DNA of 64,000 nucleotides from a virus: the IMG/VR virus record IMGVR_UViG_3300045412_000547; one strand, given 5' to 3'. Within the stretch, counting starts at the first letter, position 1. Each line of letters starts with the position of its first letter. Both the position numbers and the translations under genes were made by a program. A model generated the notes under the pieces. It was not told where the DNA came from. It saw only the letters and a program-made list of their open reading frames with translations, and did not search any database. Shown here in pieces: positions 29,750-40,536 of this stretch.

Positions 29750-29965
29750 TTATTTTAATTTTCTACTACTTAACCAATTAGATCTATGGTTCATTACCCA
29801 ATCCATCAATGCTCTCTCAAAACCAACATCAAAACCTGCTTTTTCAGACATATACCATTTATTTTCTAATATACAATTTCTCTCTTCAAGAAATCGTTGA
29901 TATAATGCAGATGTTGAGTAGTTATATTCCATACAAATGTGCTGGCCAGACAAACACCTACTCAT
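29750..29965 (-). CDS. Small DUF4032-like protein
   Basis: EERNCILENKWYMSEKAGFDVGFERALMDW. Confidence 0.6.
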   Translation of the reverse strand: MSRCLSGQHICMEYNYSTSALYQRFLEERNCILENKWYMSEKAGFDVGFERALMDWVMNHRSNWLSSRKLK

Positions 29966-29983
29966 TTATATTATTTATTGATT

Positions 29984-30460
29984 TTATGGTCGATAATGTA
30001 TGTCGAGATCCCTTTCATTGACAGTATCATACACAGTATTAAATTTATCTGTAAAGGTAAATTTTCTTAACATAAAATTATTATAACTTATTTCACCGAT
30101 AAGAAAAACAGTATAAGGATTTTTATCATAATCTACATACGCTAAAACAAATCGCTTTATATCTTCTGTTAGTGAGTTAAATTTACGTCTCACTAATAAT
30201 CTTTTTGGTGATTTAGTATACGTTGTTGTTTTAACTTGCGCTCCATTGATACCAAAATCAACTCCATCGTCTCCTTTATTGTTCCATACATCCCAATTTG
30301 GACTTACATTAATAAAAAGCCCGTAAGCAACTTCACCAAGGCGGCCAACTAAATGATTTTTAAAAGACCCAGTATTTTTATACACGTCCTTTTTTTCAAC
30401 TAATAAGGCAAATTCTTTAGCTTTTTGAAATTGATCTTCAGAAAGAAGTATTTTTTTCAC
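29984..30460 (-). CDS. Putative PD-(D/E)xK nuclease-fold protein
   Basis: GRLGEVA ... GDDGVDF ... QVKTT spacing. Confidence 0.5.
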   Translation of the reverse strand: MKKILLSEDQFQKAKEFALLVEKKDVYKNTGSFKNHLVGRLGEVAYGLFINVSPNWDVWNNKGDDGVDFGINGAQVKTTTYTKSPKRLLVRRKFNSLTEDIKRFVLAYVDYDKNPYTVFLIGEISYNNFMLRKFTFTDKFNTVYDTVNERDLDIHYRP

Positions 30461-30572
30461 TATGAATATTTAAAAAATAAAAAAAGCTTTTCAAGTATAC
30501 CAGTAACCTTCGAAAAGATTCCCACCTACCCGCCCCTGGTATACGAATATACTACGTCGCCTTCAAAAGTAT

Positions 30573-30803
30573 TTATTGGGACTCATATAACTTTTTTTGT
30601 AAGTTTAAAATAAATTCTTTTTTTTCTTCTTTTAGCTTATTTTTTAATTTTTCTAATTCGTAAAGCGTTACATCTACTCTTAAACTTTTTAAAAATTGCT
30701 CTTTAGGCTCTACGTTACAACCAGAAAATGAGTTTTCAAATATATAAAACAAAACTCCTATTTCTTCATCTGTACAATTTTTTAATACTTCGGAAGTTAT
30801 CAC
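30573..30803 (-). CDS. Hypothetical protein
   Basis: Start overlaps the nrdB stop. Confidence 0.55.
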   Translation of the reverse strand: MITSEVLKNCTDEEIGVLFYIFENSFSGCNVEPKEQFLKSLRVDVTLYELEKLKNKLKEEKKEFILNLQKKLYESQ

Positions 30804-31864
30804 AGTTTAATATCTTCAAAAGCCGTATCATCAATATTGGTATCGCGAGCCCCGATCTTATATGCAGATATTTCTGTTTCTTGAGGTGCTACCTGAACCT
30901 TACTACTATCTAAGTAGCTATCCAGCCATCCTGAGATAGGATTATCTTTTTGATTAAAAATCTTTTTATAACCTAAAGAGCGTAATCTTGAATCACATAG
31001 CCATTTTGCATAACCTCCGAGTACATCTGCATTAAGACCCAATAAAGAACCTTTACTAAAAAGATAGTGTGCCCATTCAACTTCACTTTGAGCAGCCTGT
31101 TCATATACTGCGTAAATTTTATCCTCGCTCTTTTTCACCATTGAAGTAAAGCCTTCTTTATCTTCATCACGTAAAATTTTTAGTAAATTACTAGTTATTG
31201 CAAAATGCTGCGATTCATCACGTTGAATTAATTTAATAATTTTAGCATTACCCTCCATTTTACCACGATAGCCAAAATAGAAAGAACATGCAAAGCTTAC
31301 ATAAAAAACCAGCCCTTCCATACAGTTAACAGATAATATACAATCAAATATCTTTTGTTTTACATCTTTTTTTGTATCGTCCCCTAATATTTTATCAAAA
31401 TTATTTCTTATCAGTTCAGCGCGTTCTACAATTTCCTTATCTTCCATAATACTATCAAAAAAAGCAGATGCATCCGGATGAACATTGTTAAGTAAATAAG
31501 AATAACTATAGCTATGAATACCTTCAAAGCGTTGCCAAGTATTCATACATATTTCTAGTTCTGGATTTGATACATAATCTTTTAATGAATGTATAGACCT
31601 TGAAAGCATACTATCCCCAAGAGTTTGAAACTTTAAATTTGTATCAAATACAAAACGTTCCGGTCCGTCTAGTTCCTTATAATCATTTCTATCTTTCTGT
31701 AAAGTTATTTCATGAGGCCACCAAAAAAATTCTTCTTGTTTTTTAAACAGCTCAAAAAAGATAGGGTACTTAAATTTATCATATCTCTGTAAATTTAAAT
31801 CCTCGCCAAAAAATAGCGGTTGTTTTGTATAGTCTATGTTTTTAAGATTAAGCACGGTTTTCAT
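30800..31864 (-). CDS. nrdB: Ribonucleotide reductase class Ia beta subunit
   Basis: FFWWPHE, EGIHSYSY, EGLVFYVSF, RDESQH, VQVAPQETEISAY. Confidence 0.95.
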   Translation of the reverse strand: MKTVLNLKNIDYTKQPLFFGEDLNLQRYDKFKYPIFFELFKKQEEFFWWPHEITLQKDRNDYKELDGPERFVFDTNLKFQTLGDSMLSRSIHSLKDYVSNPELEICMNTWQRFEGIHSYSYSYLLNNVHPDASAFFDSIMEDKEIVERAELIRNNFDKILGDDTKKDVKQKIFDCILSVNCMEGLVFYVSFACSFYFGYRGKMEGNAKIIKLIQRDESQHFAITSNLLKILRDEDKEGFTSMVKKSEDKIYAVYEQAAQSEVEWAHYLFSKGSLLGLNADVLGGYAKWLCDSRLRSLGYKKIFNQKDNPISGWLDSYLDSSKVQVAPQETEISAYKIGARDTNIDDTAFEDIKL

Positions 31865-31870
31865 TATTTA

Positions 31871-34126
31871 TCACAACTTACATGCACCGCTAGAACAATT
31901 ATCTTCTTTATTTTGACTTATATCTTTATCGCCGTCATCAGTGTTGTTATAATATAAACTTATTAAGCCTATACTATATGCATACATTATCTCTTTCATA
32001 ACTTTACTGTCCGGCAAAATATGGTTTGAATAATGATTATAGTTATAATAAACATTAGTAGAAATAGCCATATCGATATATTTTTGAATAACAGCATTAA
32101 CATTTAAAAGACCCATATTATCTTTAAAATTAAAAGCTAAGTCATAGTTATCGTGATATTTTCCAATTCCTGGTACTAATACCGGTAGTTTACTCATTTT
32201 CGATGTTTTATATGTTATTAAACTACGAACTGGCTCTACCCCATTTGTAGAACTTTGAATTACAGAACTGGACTCACATGGCATACAGGATGATAATGTA
32301 GAGTGTCTTAAACCATATTCTTTTACCTGTTTTCTCAATAATTCCCAGTCACACGATAATTTTCTCTTGACTATACCATCAATATTCTTTTTATACGTAT
32401 CTATAGTAAAAATATTTTTACTGTATTTTGTATTTTGATATTTTTCGCACTTACCTTTTTCTCTAGCTAAATTACAACTTGACGATAATAGATAATATTG
32501 AAAATGTTCCATCCATTCATCAAGCAGTGTCAAGGCTTCTTTTTCGCCATACTTGACTCCGTTTTTAGCAAAAAAGGCAGCAAGATTGGTAATACCAACA
32601 CCTAAACTTCTTCTCTTTTTAGCAAAATTCTCAGCAGCTTTATTAAAGTAATCCTGTATGTCGATTATTTCATCTAAAAACCGTACAATTAAATCACATG
32701 TTTTTTCTAGATCTTTAAAATCCTTTACTTCCAGCATATTTACTGCAGATAAGATACACATACCAATTTCTGCATCTGAGTCGTGAAAATCGTTCAAAGG
32801 TATGGTAGGGTGAATAACTTCTGTACACAAATTACTCATAGTTACTTTATCTAACCAAGAACTATGCTCATTAGCAGTATCAACATTTAAAATATAAATA
32901 CGCCCTGTTTCGACCCTCTCTTTTACAATTAATGAAAACAGTTTCCTAGCAGACACTAATTTTTTTCGCTTAATTCTTCTATCTTGCTCGCATTCTTTAT
33001 AAATTTTGTCAAAAGAAGATGTGCCCCATGCTTCATATAAATGCGGTACATCATGCGGACTAAACAAAAACACCTTTTCGTCTTTAATTACACGGTCATA
33101 AAATAGCTTAGACATACCAACGGTATAATCTAATTTTCTAACTCTATTATCGTCCGTACCAGCATTATTTTTTAAAACAACAACATCCTCAATCTCATAA
33201 TGCCACCATTGAATATTAACCGTAGCAGATCCTCCTCGTAACCCATTTTGCTGCCATGCTTTAACGGATGCTTCGTAAATTTTTAAAAAAGGTATAAGCC
33301 CGGTATGTACTACCTCTCCATTAGCTACCGGAGAGCCTATTGCTCTAATTTTTGAAATATCAATACCAATACCACAGCGACTTGCGGTGGCGATTGAAAC
33401 AGCTGTTCCCGATGCCGTAATGCTTTCCTTATTATCATTAACACCTATTAAGCAGCAGCTAGCATACTTTCGCGAATTGGTTCTAACCCCAGCCATAACC
33501 GGGGTAGGTAAATTAATTTTATGTTTGGAAATACTATTATAAAATTTTTTTACATAATCCAAACGAACATTTTTTGGATAATTAATAAACCCGTACAGCG
33601 CTATCAATGCATAAGCAAACTGGGGTGTTTCGTAAATAATATTAGTGACTCTATTTTTAATGAGATATTTGTCACATAACTGCTTCAAACCAGCGTAGGT
33701 AAAAAGAAAATCTTTATCATGGTCTATAAACTCACCGGCTTTATTAAGTTCATCTTCTGTATATTTCTCTAAAATACAAGGGTCATAAATTTTATTTTTG
33801 ATGCCATTTTTGATAACATCAAGAAGGCGGGGAGCGTGTCTCCCTCCCCATACATCTTTTCTTAATTGATAATTTAAAAGCTTACATGCTACGTATTGAT
33901 AATTTGGAGTTTCAAGCGAAATTAAATTTGCTGTCGATTCAATAAGGACTTGATGTATATCCTTTGTAGAAATATTATCCTGTAAATTTAAACGCGTATT
34001 AATTTCGATATCAGAAAGATGCACATCTGATATATTGCTTATGGCCCAATTAATAACTTTATGAATTTTATCTATGTTAAATTTTTCTTTTTCTCCGCTC
34101 CTTTTCGTTACATAGATATTACTCAT
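31871..34126 (-). CDS. nrdA: Ribonucleotide reductase class Ia alpha subunit with ATP cone
   Basis: VTKRSG, PTPVMAG, SCCLI, SNLCTE, MPCESSS, C-terminal CSSGACKL. Confidence 0.96.
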   Translation of the reverse strand: MSNIYVTKRSGEKEKFNIDKIHKVINWAISNISDVHLSDIEINTRLNLQDNISTKDIHQVLIESTANLISLETPNYQYVACKLLNYQLRKDVWGGRHAPRLLDVIKNGIKNKIYDPCILEKYTEDELNKAGEFIDHDKDFLFTYAGLKQLCDKYLIKNRVTNIIYETPQFAYALIALYGFINYPKNVRLDYVKKFYNSISKHKINLPTPVMAGVRTNSRKYASCCLIGVNDNKESITASGTAVSIATASRCGIGIDISKIRAIGSPVANGEVVHTGLIPFLKIYEASVKAWQQNGLRGGSATVNIQWWHYEIEDVVVLKNNAGTDDNRVRKLDYTVGMSKLFYDRVIKDEKVFLFSPHDVPHLYEAWGTSSFDKIYKECEQDRRIKRKKLVSARKLFSLIVKERVETGRIYILNVDTANEHSSWLDKVTMSNLCTEVIHPTIPLNDFHDSDAEIGMCILSAVNMLEVKDFKDLEKTCDLIVRFLDEIIDIQDYFNKAAENFAKKRRSLGVGITNLAAFFAKNGVKYGEKEALTLLDEWMEHFQYYLLSSSCNLAREKGKCEKYQNTKYSKNIFTIDTYKKNIDGIVKRKLSCDWELLRKQVKEYGLRHSTLSSCMPCESSSVIQSSTNGVEPVRSLITYKTSKMSKLPVLVPGIGKYHDNYDLAFNFKDNMGLLNVNAVIQKYIDMAISTNVYYNYNHYSNHILPDSKVMKEIMYAYSIGLISLYYNNTDDGDKDISQNKEDNCSSGACKL

Positions 34127-34178
34127 ATAAATTGAAAAAAATACTTATTAATCTTACTGTATAAAAAACAGTTTTTTA

Positions 34179-34769
34179 CTAAAGAAGCATAAAATTATTT
34201 TTTTTATACAATTCTATAATTTTTTCGTTACTAAAATTATAAATATTCCGATTACTTAAGATAAAAATATTATTACTACTTATAGCTTGGCTGAAATGAA
34301 CTTGTTTAGAATTATATTCGTATAGTTTAGTCAAACTTAAATCTTTTCTACTTTTTAGTGTTATTTTTTTTAATTCAGTACCGTTTATAGGATATACGCC
34401 TTTTTCTAAATAAACACTACATTCATTACAAGACAAATTAAATTCTGATAAAATTTGCTCATATAATTTAAGAGAAATAGAATCTTTAATATTTAAGTTT
34501 AATGCTTCTAGCCTTTTTACCAAATTAATATATTCTGGCTTTAAATATATTTCTACACCCTTAAAAAATTTTAAAACCGGTATAGCATTGGCTGTAGGGT
34601 GAACAACGCTTCGAGGATTTAATGATTCTTTAAAACAAACTCTTTCTTGATCATACTTATTTTTAATTAGTTGACCAATAAAAATAAAAGGATATTTGTT
34701 TTGAGAAATCAAATTAAACTGCTCTATATCAGGCGCTACATTTACTAACGAAACATTAATCATGTACAT
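34179..34769 (-). CDS. Hypothetical protein
   Basis: 196-aa ORF with a sigma70-like promoter upstream. Confidence 0.55.
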   Translation of the reverse strand: MYMINVSLVNVAPDIEQFNLISQNKYPFIFIGQLIKNKYDQERVCFKESLNPRSVVHPTANAIPVLKFFKGVEIYLKPEYINLVKRLEALNLNIKDSISLKLYEQILSEFNLSCNECSVYLEKGVYPINGTELKKITLKSRKDLSLTKLYEYNSKQVHFSQAISSNNIFILSNRNIYNFSNEKIIELYKKNNFMLL

Positions 34770-34809
34770 GATTATAATACATGAAACGGTAAATCAATAA
34801 TATTATTTT

Positions 34810-35178
34810 TTATTGAAAATTTTTTATAAAATGTGTTAGTATTACCACTAAAATAGCTGTAGCAGATGAAATGATACTTGTAGATAATGTTGTACGAAAC
34901 CCCCACTTATTTTTTAAAATTACATCTTTTGAATTAAATTCTTTATGTATTTGGTCAGCTAAATGATTAAATTTTTCTGTTACTACTTCTGTAATATGAT
35001 CAAATTTATTTTCCAGCTTTTCATCGAGACTTTTTATTTGTTCCTCAAGCTTTACAACTTGAGTTACTAGTGCAGGTGTACCGTTACCTCTATATAAAGT
35101 TTTATAGATATTCTCTAAATCGTTTTTTAGCTTAGACAATTCTTCTACTTTTATGCTAAAGTTATTCTTATTTTTCAT
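34810..35178 (-). CDS. Coiled-coil protein with C-terminal hydrophobic helix (possible holin or membrane protein)
   Basis: LYRGNGTPALVTQVVKLE coiled coil; ISSATAILVVILTHFI. Confidence 0.5.
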   Translation of the reverse strand: MKNKNNFSIKVEELSKLKNDLENIYKTLYRGNGTPALVTQVVKLEEQIKSLDEKLENKFDHITEVVTEKFNHLADQIHKEFNSKDVILKNKWGFRTTLSTSIISSATAILVVILTHFIKNFQ

Positions 35179-35179
35179 A

Positions 35180-35413
35180 TTATGAAACTGGGAATGTATA
35201 GGACAAAATACCTTTTGGTAGTGTATAGACTTTGCCGCGTTGTTTACCGGAAAGTTCTTTAACAACTACCGTTAATCGATCGCCGGTAATAATAGGTCCC
35301 ATACTCACATCCACATTACCTAAATTTATAGTGTAGGCTCTAATACCCTTCTTTACATCATAAATTTGTAACCGGTTGCGTCCCATTAAGGCCGCTGTAT
35401 ACAGTTTTTGCAT
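35180..35413 (-). CDS. Hypothetical late protein (start MQKLY)
   Basis: TAAATA upstream; avoids overlap with the divergent fibre gene. Confidence 0.55.
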   Translation of the reverse strand: MQKLYTAALMGRNRLQIYDVKKGIRAYTINLGNVDVSMGPIITGDRLTVVVKELSGKQRGKVYTLPKGILSYTFPVS

Positions 35414-35468
35414 ATCTTCTAAATATTTATGTATATAATCAACTACTTTTAATAAATATTTCAAAGAA

Positions 35469-36791
35469 ATGTCTGAATACGTAACAAAAATATTAATTCG
35501 CAGAGGAAACGATCTTTCCCGTAGAACAGCTAATACAACGGGTATTATATTGGACAACGGAGAACCAGGCTGGACTATAGATACAAAAAGACTTTATGTT
35601 GGGGACGGTGTAACGTACGGGGGAATACCTGTGGGAAGCCGAAACCTAGGCTCCGTAGGTCGTTTGTTTGAAGGATCAGTCACCGGCTTTACGAATGAGG
35701 CTATACAAGTTTTTGCATTAAGCGGTGTTGAAGTTGGTGATGTTGTTTATGACAGAACAACTAGAGTTTTATATAGTCTCTCAAGTATATCTAACTTTCC
35801 CCCTCTCACTTCCGATATTGTGAGATATGATTTTAATGTTTTGTTAAATGAAGGTAATTTAGAATTTGATAACCAAAATAGAGTTAAAATTAAAACTAAC
35901 GGCGTAGGTGTGTTCGAATTAAATCCTTCCGTTGCTGGTCCTGGGTTACAGAAGCTAGAAGGTTCTTTCATTCAAATAGGAACAGGTCCAACCGGTGTCA
36001 CTAATACCATGATGAATTTTATGCCTCCTAACTCTGTAAAAGTCAATAATGGTACAGCATTTCAGTCTCCATCCGATTTAAATATTAATCCCAATAGTGT
36101 TTTGGGTAGAACATCTACCGGATCTTTAACGAGCATATATATCACTTCAGTTTTATCTTATGCAAATTTTGAGGGGGGTAACGGGGTAAGAGTGGTTAGT
36201 GATGGTACTTCTACCAGCGTGTCTTTAAGCTCTGAAGTACTTAACATGACTGAAGCTGGTGTCTTTATCTACAGACCACTATATACATACGCACCGGTAT
36301 CATTTACACAAAGCGTACACTGTCAACAATCCCTTACTTTAAGTAGAGGATTAACATCCGATTTTAATACACTTTCTCTTTTTAACGGCGACTGTGTTGT
36401 GCATAAACGGCTGTTAACCCGCGAAGCCGCCGGCTTCAAATCTACATTAAGTGCTGTGGGTACAATAACATGTGATAATGATATTATTGCGTTTGCTACA
36501 TCAGATAAAAAATTAAAAGTTAATATTAAACCTGTTTCAAATGCTTTAGAGAAAGTAGATAACTTAACAGGATATAGTTTTAATTGGAATACACAAAATA
36601 CGCCTTACGAACATTTAAAAGGAAGAGATGTAGGTTTTATTGCAGATGAAGTTGAGCAAATATTACCGGAAGCTGTAACTACTCGTAATGATGGTATTAA
36701 AGCTGTAAATTATGATAAGGTTGTCCCGTTACTTGTACAAAGCATAAAAGAGTTGAAAAAAGAAATTCAAACGCTTAAACATAATAAATGA
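35469..36791 (+). CDS. Tail fibre-type protein with C-terminal S74 intramolecular chaperone
   Basis: N-terminal ILIRRG...GEPGWTIDTKRLYVGDG; SDKKLK cleavage motif, GFIADEVEQILPEAV, VNYDKVVPLLVQSIKEL. Confidence 0.85.
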   Translation: MSEYVTKILIRRGNDLSRRTANTTGIILDNGEPGWTIDTKRLYVGDGVTYGGIPVGSRNLGSVGRLFEGSVTGFTNEAIQVFALSGVEVGDVVYDRTTRVLYSLSSISNFPPLTSDIVRYDFNVLLNEGNLEFDNQNRVKIKTNGVGVFELNPSVAGPGLQKLEGSFIQIGTGPTGVTNTMMNFMPPNSVKVNNGTAFQSPSDLNINPNSVLGRTSTGSLTSIYITSVLSYANFEGGNGVRVVSDGTSTSVSLSSEVLNMTEAGVFIYRPLYTYAPVSFTQSVHCQQSLTLSRGLTSDFNTLSLFNGDCVVHKRLLTREAAGFKSTLSAVGTITCDNDIIAFATSDKKLKVNIKPVSNALEKVDNLTGYSFNWNTQNTPYEHLKGRDVGFIADEVEQILPEAVTTRNDGIKAVNYDKVVPLLVQSIKELKKEIQTLKHNK

Positions 36792-36988
36792 AAAGATTTA
36801 ATAAATTTTTTGAAGATTTTAATATTCAAAAAAGAAGTACAATTAGTTCGACAGATGCAGGTACTACCCGCGGAGATTCGTTTTTAGATTTTACCAATCG
36901 AATGGAAAAAATGGTATTAAATGATTTAGCGGAAATTCGTAAGAAACAAAAAATAAAAAATAAAAGAAAAAAATTAAGAGAAAAATAA
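36788..36988 (+). CDS. Small basic protein, candidate internal head protein
   Basis: MKRFNKFFE N-terminus; Lys-rich tail. Confidence 0.5.
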   Translation: MKRFNKFFEDFNIQKRSTISSTDAGTTRGDSFLDFTNRMEKMVLNDLAEIRKKQKIKNKRKKLREK

Positions 36989-37080
36989 TCGAGAGTTTAC
37001 TATAGCTCTTCATCTAACTTGCTTGGCCCATTTACTCTGTAAGATTTCTTTTAATCGTCCCAAAAAAAATTATAGTATGT

Positions 37081-38712
37081 TTAACTTACAGACCAGCCTT
37101 TATTTGTAGCAATGTTTTTGTTGCTTGCATCATATCCAGGATTTCCTGAAACTAAAAGTTGCTTTGCATTGTTTCCATATGAAGCACCAGAATATAAGGA
37201 TGTGTATAATACATTTAAGGCATTTGCATCCATATTTTGATTTCGTAAATCAACGTAAAAATAACTTGTCATTCCTGTAAAGTCTGCCCCCACAATTCTA
37301 TTTTGACTTACTCCATTGAAATCCATGGTTTTTATTAAAGTATCTGCCCTAAATCTAACCCAACGCCCAGACCCTAAAGGAATAATCCCACCATAATCAT
37401 GATAAACGTTCCATAAATTAAAATAATAGGTCCCCGCACCACAGCACCTTCTAGTGTACCCATTCCAGTTATTGTTCATCGTGATCCAATCAGTAGCTTG
37501 GCTTTCGGAGCCAATTCTTGGAGTTGTAACAATTCCCATTACTCGACGGGTATTTGTATTTCCTGCACTACTGGTAAAATTATAATATATATAGTACCAA
37601 TAATCTGGAGGAGGGGGAGCAGATGTACGGGTAGGGGTGTTTGATTGTGTTAAAGTAGTAGTTGTTGTTGGAGTTTGTGTGTTAGAAAGTGTAACTGTTG
37701 TACTTGGAGTAGGCGTCTGTGTCTGGGTATTCGATAAAGTAACCGTGGTGCTGGGGGTTTGTGTCTGGGTATTCGATAAAGTAACCGTGGTAGTGGGTGT
37801 TTGCGTTTGAGTTTTTGTTTGCGTAGGTGTTTGTGTTTGCGTGGGTGTTTTTGTTTGCGTGTTAGAAGGTGTGGACGTTGTTGTCAAGGTAGTGGTAGAA
37901 GTGTTAGTGGGCGTGATGGTGGGAGCAGGAGTAGCCGTATTAGTAGGCGTTTTTGTTTGTGTGGGGGTTTGAGTGTTTGAAGAAGTGGCCGTGGGAACGG
38001 GAGTACGGGTAGGTGTAGGTGTTTGCGTGGTAGTAGAATTAGGAGTAACGCCTGCCGTGGAGGTATGGGTAGGTGTGAAAGAGGGAGTAGCTGTGGCTGT
38101 AGCATCGGGAGTTCGGGTCGGGGTACTCTGGGGTGTACCTGTGGGAGTAAGAGTAGATTGCGGCGTTGGAGTCAAGGTAACTGTGGGAGTACACGTCGGA
38201 GTCGATGCCGGTGTTGAAGTGGGGGTAGGACTAGGTTCAGGGTTTTCCAATAAGAAGTCTCCGAACGCTACCACCAGATAGGAACTTCCTGGCTCGAATG
38301 TTGTAAACGGAGAAGTAAAACCGAATTGATAGGATGCAAAACCTGTGCCTGACTTGTTAACAATTAATACACTTTCTAAATAATCCCTGTAAAGAGAAAA
38401 ATCTACAGGAATACTATACGGGTAGGTAAAAATATTATATCGGCGTTTAAATTGTATGAAAGGGGGTTTACCTAAATCGGGAAGAGACATTCCAAAATTA
38501 GGACCAGCCTTCTTCACAACAAGATAACCGGTGGCCGGTTGAAATTGTGTGATAGGAGAACTAAAACCGGGTTGGTAAACTTGAAACCCCGACTTACTGT
38601 TATTGATACCAGCTAAAAAGTCTACATAAACATCGTAGTCAACAAAAGGATAGGAAAACGGACTGTTAAATTGCAATAGGGTATATTTTTGTGTAAAATT
38701 TAATTGTCTCAC
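37081..38712 (-). CDS. Late protein with about 210-aa Thr/Pro mucin-like linker between two globular regions
   Basis: PTPTSTP/TQTPT repeats; duplicated N-terminal module ([10 protein letters not shown] / [10 protein letters not shown]); TAAATA 5 nt upstream. Confidence 0.75.
   Translation of the reverse strand: MRQLNFTQKYTLLQFNSPFSYPFVDYDVYVDFLAGINNSKSGFQVYQPGFSSPITQFQPATGYLVVKKAGPNFGMSLPDLGKPPFIQFKRRYNIFTYPYSIPVDFSLYRDYLESVLIVNKSGTGFASYQFGFTSPFTTFEPGSSYLVVAFGDFLLENPEPSPTPTSTPASTPTCTPTVTLTPTPQSTLTPTGTPQSTPTRTPDATATATPSFTPTHTSTAGVTPNSTTTQTPTPTRTPVPTATSSNTQTPTQTKTPTNTATPAPTITPTNTSTTTLTTTSTPSNTQTKTPTQTQTPTQTKTQTQTPTTTVTLSNTQTQTPSTTVTLSNTQTQTPTPSTTVTLSNTQTPTTTTTLTQSNTPTRTSAPPPPDYWYYIYYNFTSSAGNTNTRRVMGIVTTPRIGSESQATDWITMNNNWNGYTRRCCGAGTYYFNLWNVYHDYGGIIPLGSGRWVRFRADTLIKTMDFNGVSQNRIVGADFTGMTSYFYVDLRNQNMDANALNVLYTSLYSGASYGNNAKQLLVSGNPGYDASNKNIATNKGWSVS
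37680..37860. repeat. Coding tandem repeats ([12 protein letters not shown] and TQTKTPTQT units)
   Basis: TGTGTCTGGGTATTCGATAAAGTAACCGTGGT at about 37718 and 37760, degenerate third copy near 37680. Confidence 0.8.
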
Positions 38713-38720
38713 CCTATTAT

Positions 38721-39311
38721 TTATGTTTCTTGTCGAACAGGATAGTAATATTCAGCATTTTTGTAAAGCCGCTTTAATGTATAAGAGGGGGTTCCTATTT
38801 TATCAGACGCTGCAATTAATTTGTTTTTTTCTTTAAATATAACCTCTATGTGACCAGGTCTTGATGCTTTCACAGGTTGATATACAGCAATAATAATTGT
38901 ATTTTCAGGAAGGTTCTTAAGATCTTTGAAAGGTATTTCTACATAATCTGAATTATTTTCAAATATCGATCTGTATCGCTTTGCATGAATTATCCCGACT
39001 GAAGATACAGTATGAGGAATTGTGCTACTCCCTACTCTAGATTTAACAAGAGCACTTCTTAAGCTAAGCTGAGGAAACGCTTTAGAATGTCTTTCATGTA
39101 TATTATTAAGAAGGGCCGTTGCAAATTTAGCACATCGTCCACTACTGTAAGGTTTTGTAAGTTTTTTTACATCAGTTTTAAACTCTAAAAATTCCGTGTA
39201 TGTAAGGTTCGGTTTAATAACCCTTTCAGTTTCTAAATACGCAGCTTCTGAAATTTTTGTCGCATTTAAAAGTAATAGAAGTAGAGTCGATAGGTACAAT
39301 TTATTTTTCAT
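38721..39311 (-). CDS. Signal-peptide-bearing CHAP/NlpC-P60-like cell-wall hydrolase candidate
   Basis: Hydrophobic N-terminus; GRCAKF (Cys) and PGHIEV (His); ASD. Confidence 0.55.
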   Translation of the reverse strand: MKNKLYLSTLLLLLLNATKISEAAYLETERVIKPNLTYTEFLEFKTDVKKLTKPYSSGRCAKFATALLNNIHERHSKAFPQLSLRSALVKSRVGSSTIPHTVSSVGIIHAKRYRSIFENNSDYVEIPFKDLKNLPENTIIIAVYQPVKASRPGHIEVIFKEKNKLIAASDKIGTPSYTLKRLYKNAEYYYPVRQET

Positions 39312-39408
39312 AAATTAAAATTAACACTATTGACCGTGCTGGGTCGCAAAACTAGAATGATTAGTTAGGTTTTGCATAGTCGTATTTTATTAAATTTAAA
39401 AATGAAAA

Positions 39409-39810
39409 TCAACTGCTAGGAGTTGACGGGGGTAGAGTCTGAGGTACAACCGGCTTTGGTTTCGGTTTTAACTTCTTTTGAACATCTATAATAGCTTTTA
39501 GTTTACGTATAGTAGTATACATTGTTTCGTAAATATTAACAAAATCCTGTGGTTCGTCAGTACGGCCCATGCGAAGCATTTCTCTTAAGTCTTCTTTGAC
39601 GTGCTTTTTAATTTGACTTAGTTTTAGTACTCCATATCCTTTAATTAATACTTTTGGATCCCACGGATCTTTAGTTGTACCGTAAATAACGCCTTCTTCT
39701 GCTTCCCTATACTCTTTTGCAGGGTACATATATGAGTCATTATTACGAGTAGTATTGTTTATACCTAAATTGGTATATTGCTCATATATACGTTTTTGGT
39801 CTTTATTCAC
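39409..39810 (-). CDS. Late protein, candidate internal head protein
   Basis: TAAATA 6 nt upstream; MNKDQKRIYEQY. Confidence 0.55.
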   Translation of the reverse strand: MNKDQKRIYEQYTNLGINNTTRNNDSYMYPAKEYREAEEGVIYGTTKDPWDPKVLIKGYGVLKLSQIKKHVKEDLREMLRMGRTDEPQDFVNIYETMYTTIRKLKAIIDVQKKLKPKPKPVVPQTLPPSTPSS

Positions 39811-39812
39811 CC

Positions 39813-39822
39813 TAAATATTTA
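39813..39822. promoter_or_regulatory. Bidirectional late-promoter-like palindrome TAAATATTTA
   Basis: Lies between divergent starts at 39810 (-) and 39826 (+). Confidence 0.55.
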
Positions 39823-39825
39823 TGT

Positions 39826-40068
39826 ATGTGGGGTTCGAGTAAAGGGGAAAATAGTCGACAAAAAAAAGAAGCATACCAAATTATAATAGAAAACATAGAT
39901 TTATTTCAAGTATGTGAGGCATGTGATGCAATAATACCCGTTATCTATAAAATCTGCCCGATTTGTAAAAATTATAGATTTAATAACAACGAACATTATG
40001 TAAAAAAGTCGTTAAAAAATTTTATAAATAGAGACGAGTCTGGTTTTATATATACAGACTTTATATAA
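39826..40068 (+). CDS. Zinc-ribbon protein
   Basis: CEAC ... CPIC. Confidence 0.6.
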   Translation: MWGSSKGENSRQKKEAYQIIIENIDLFQVCEACDAIIPVIYKICPICKNYRFNNNEHYVKKSLKNFINRDESGFIYTDFI

Positions 40069-40283
40069 AAATATATTCGTTTAAGTGTTGGGACAAAAAT
40101 TTAATTTTTTCTTGTAACTCTTTTTGTTTTTGGCCTTTTGAGTTTTTAGAAACTTTATAGAGATCCAGTATCATATCGGCCGTTATTTTTTGTGTCTTTT
40201 TAGAGCTACTTTTAGTAGTCATAATAATATTTATTCTAAATGTTACATAGTTGATATTTTTTTATTTTCGCATAATTAGTTAT

Positions 40284-40472
40284 ATGAATACAATTGAAAC
40301 TCTTAAAGCCACAGTAGAAGAAATTGCAGCAGAATTTACAAAATTTGATTCTGGTAACAATTTAGCCGGTACCCGCGCTAGAAAAGCATGCCAGGTCTTA
40401 ATTAAGACTGCTCGCGAGATTCGTAAGCAAATTCAAGAAGCTAAAGCTAGTCGTAAAGCTGGCAAAGCCTAG
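40284..40472 (+). CDS. Histone H1-like Hc1 family protein
   Basis: KFDSGNNLAGTRARKA..L...AREIRK signature. Confidence 0.75.
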   Translation: MNTIETLKATVEEIAAEFTKFDSGNNLAGTRARKACQVLIKTAREIRKQIQEAKASRKAGKA

Positions 40473-40536
40473 TATTTATTCGGTAAATAGTTAAATTATA
40501 TCGAAAAAAAACATAGTCTTACTATTAAGTAATTCT

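Noticed and set aside
30800-34126. Introns or inteins in nrdA/nrdB
   Set aside because: Both are uninterrupted and of normal class Ia length
37884-38281. Val/Gly-rich and other ORFs overlapping the Thr/Pro gene
   Set aside because: Mirror or alternate frames of low-complexity repeats
39340-39376. c-di-GMP-I riboswitch-like GGTCGCAAA
   Set aside because: Wrong strand for the downstream gene and lacks the GNRA/receptor architecture
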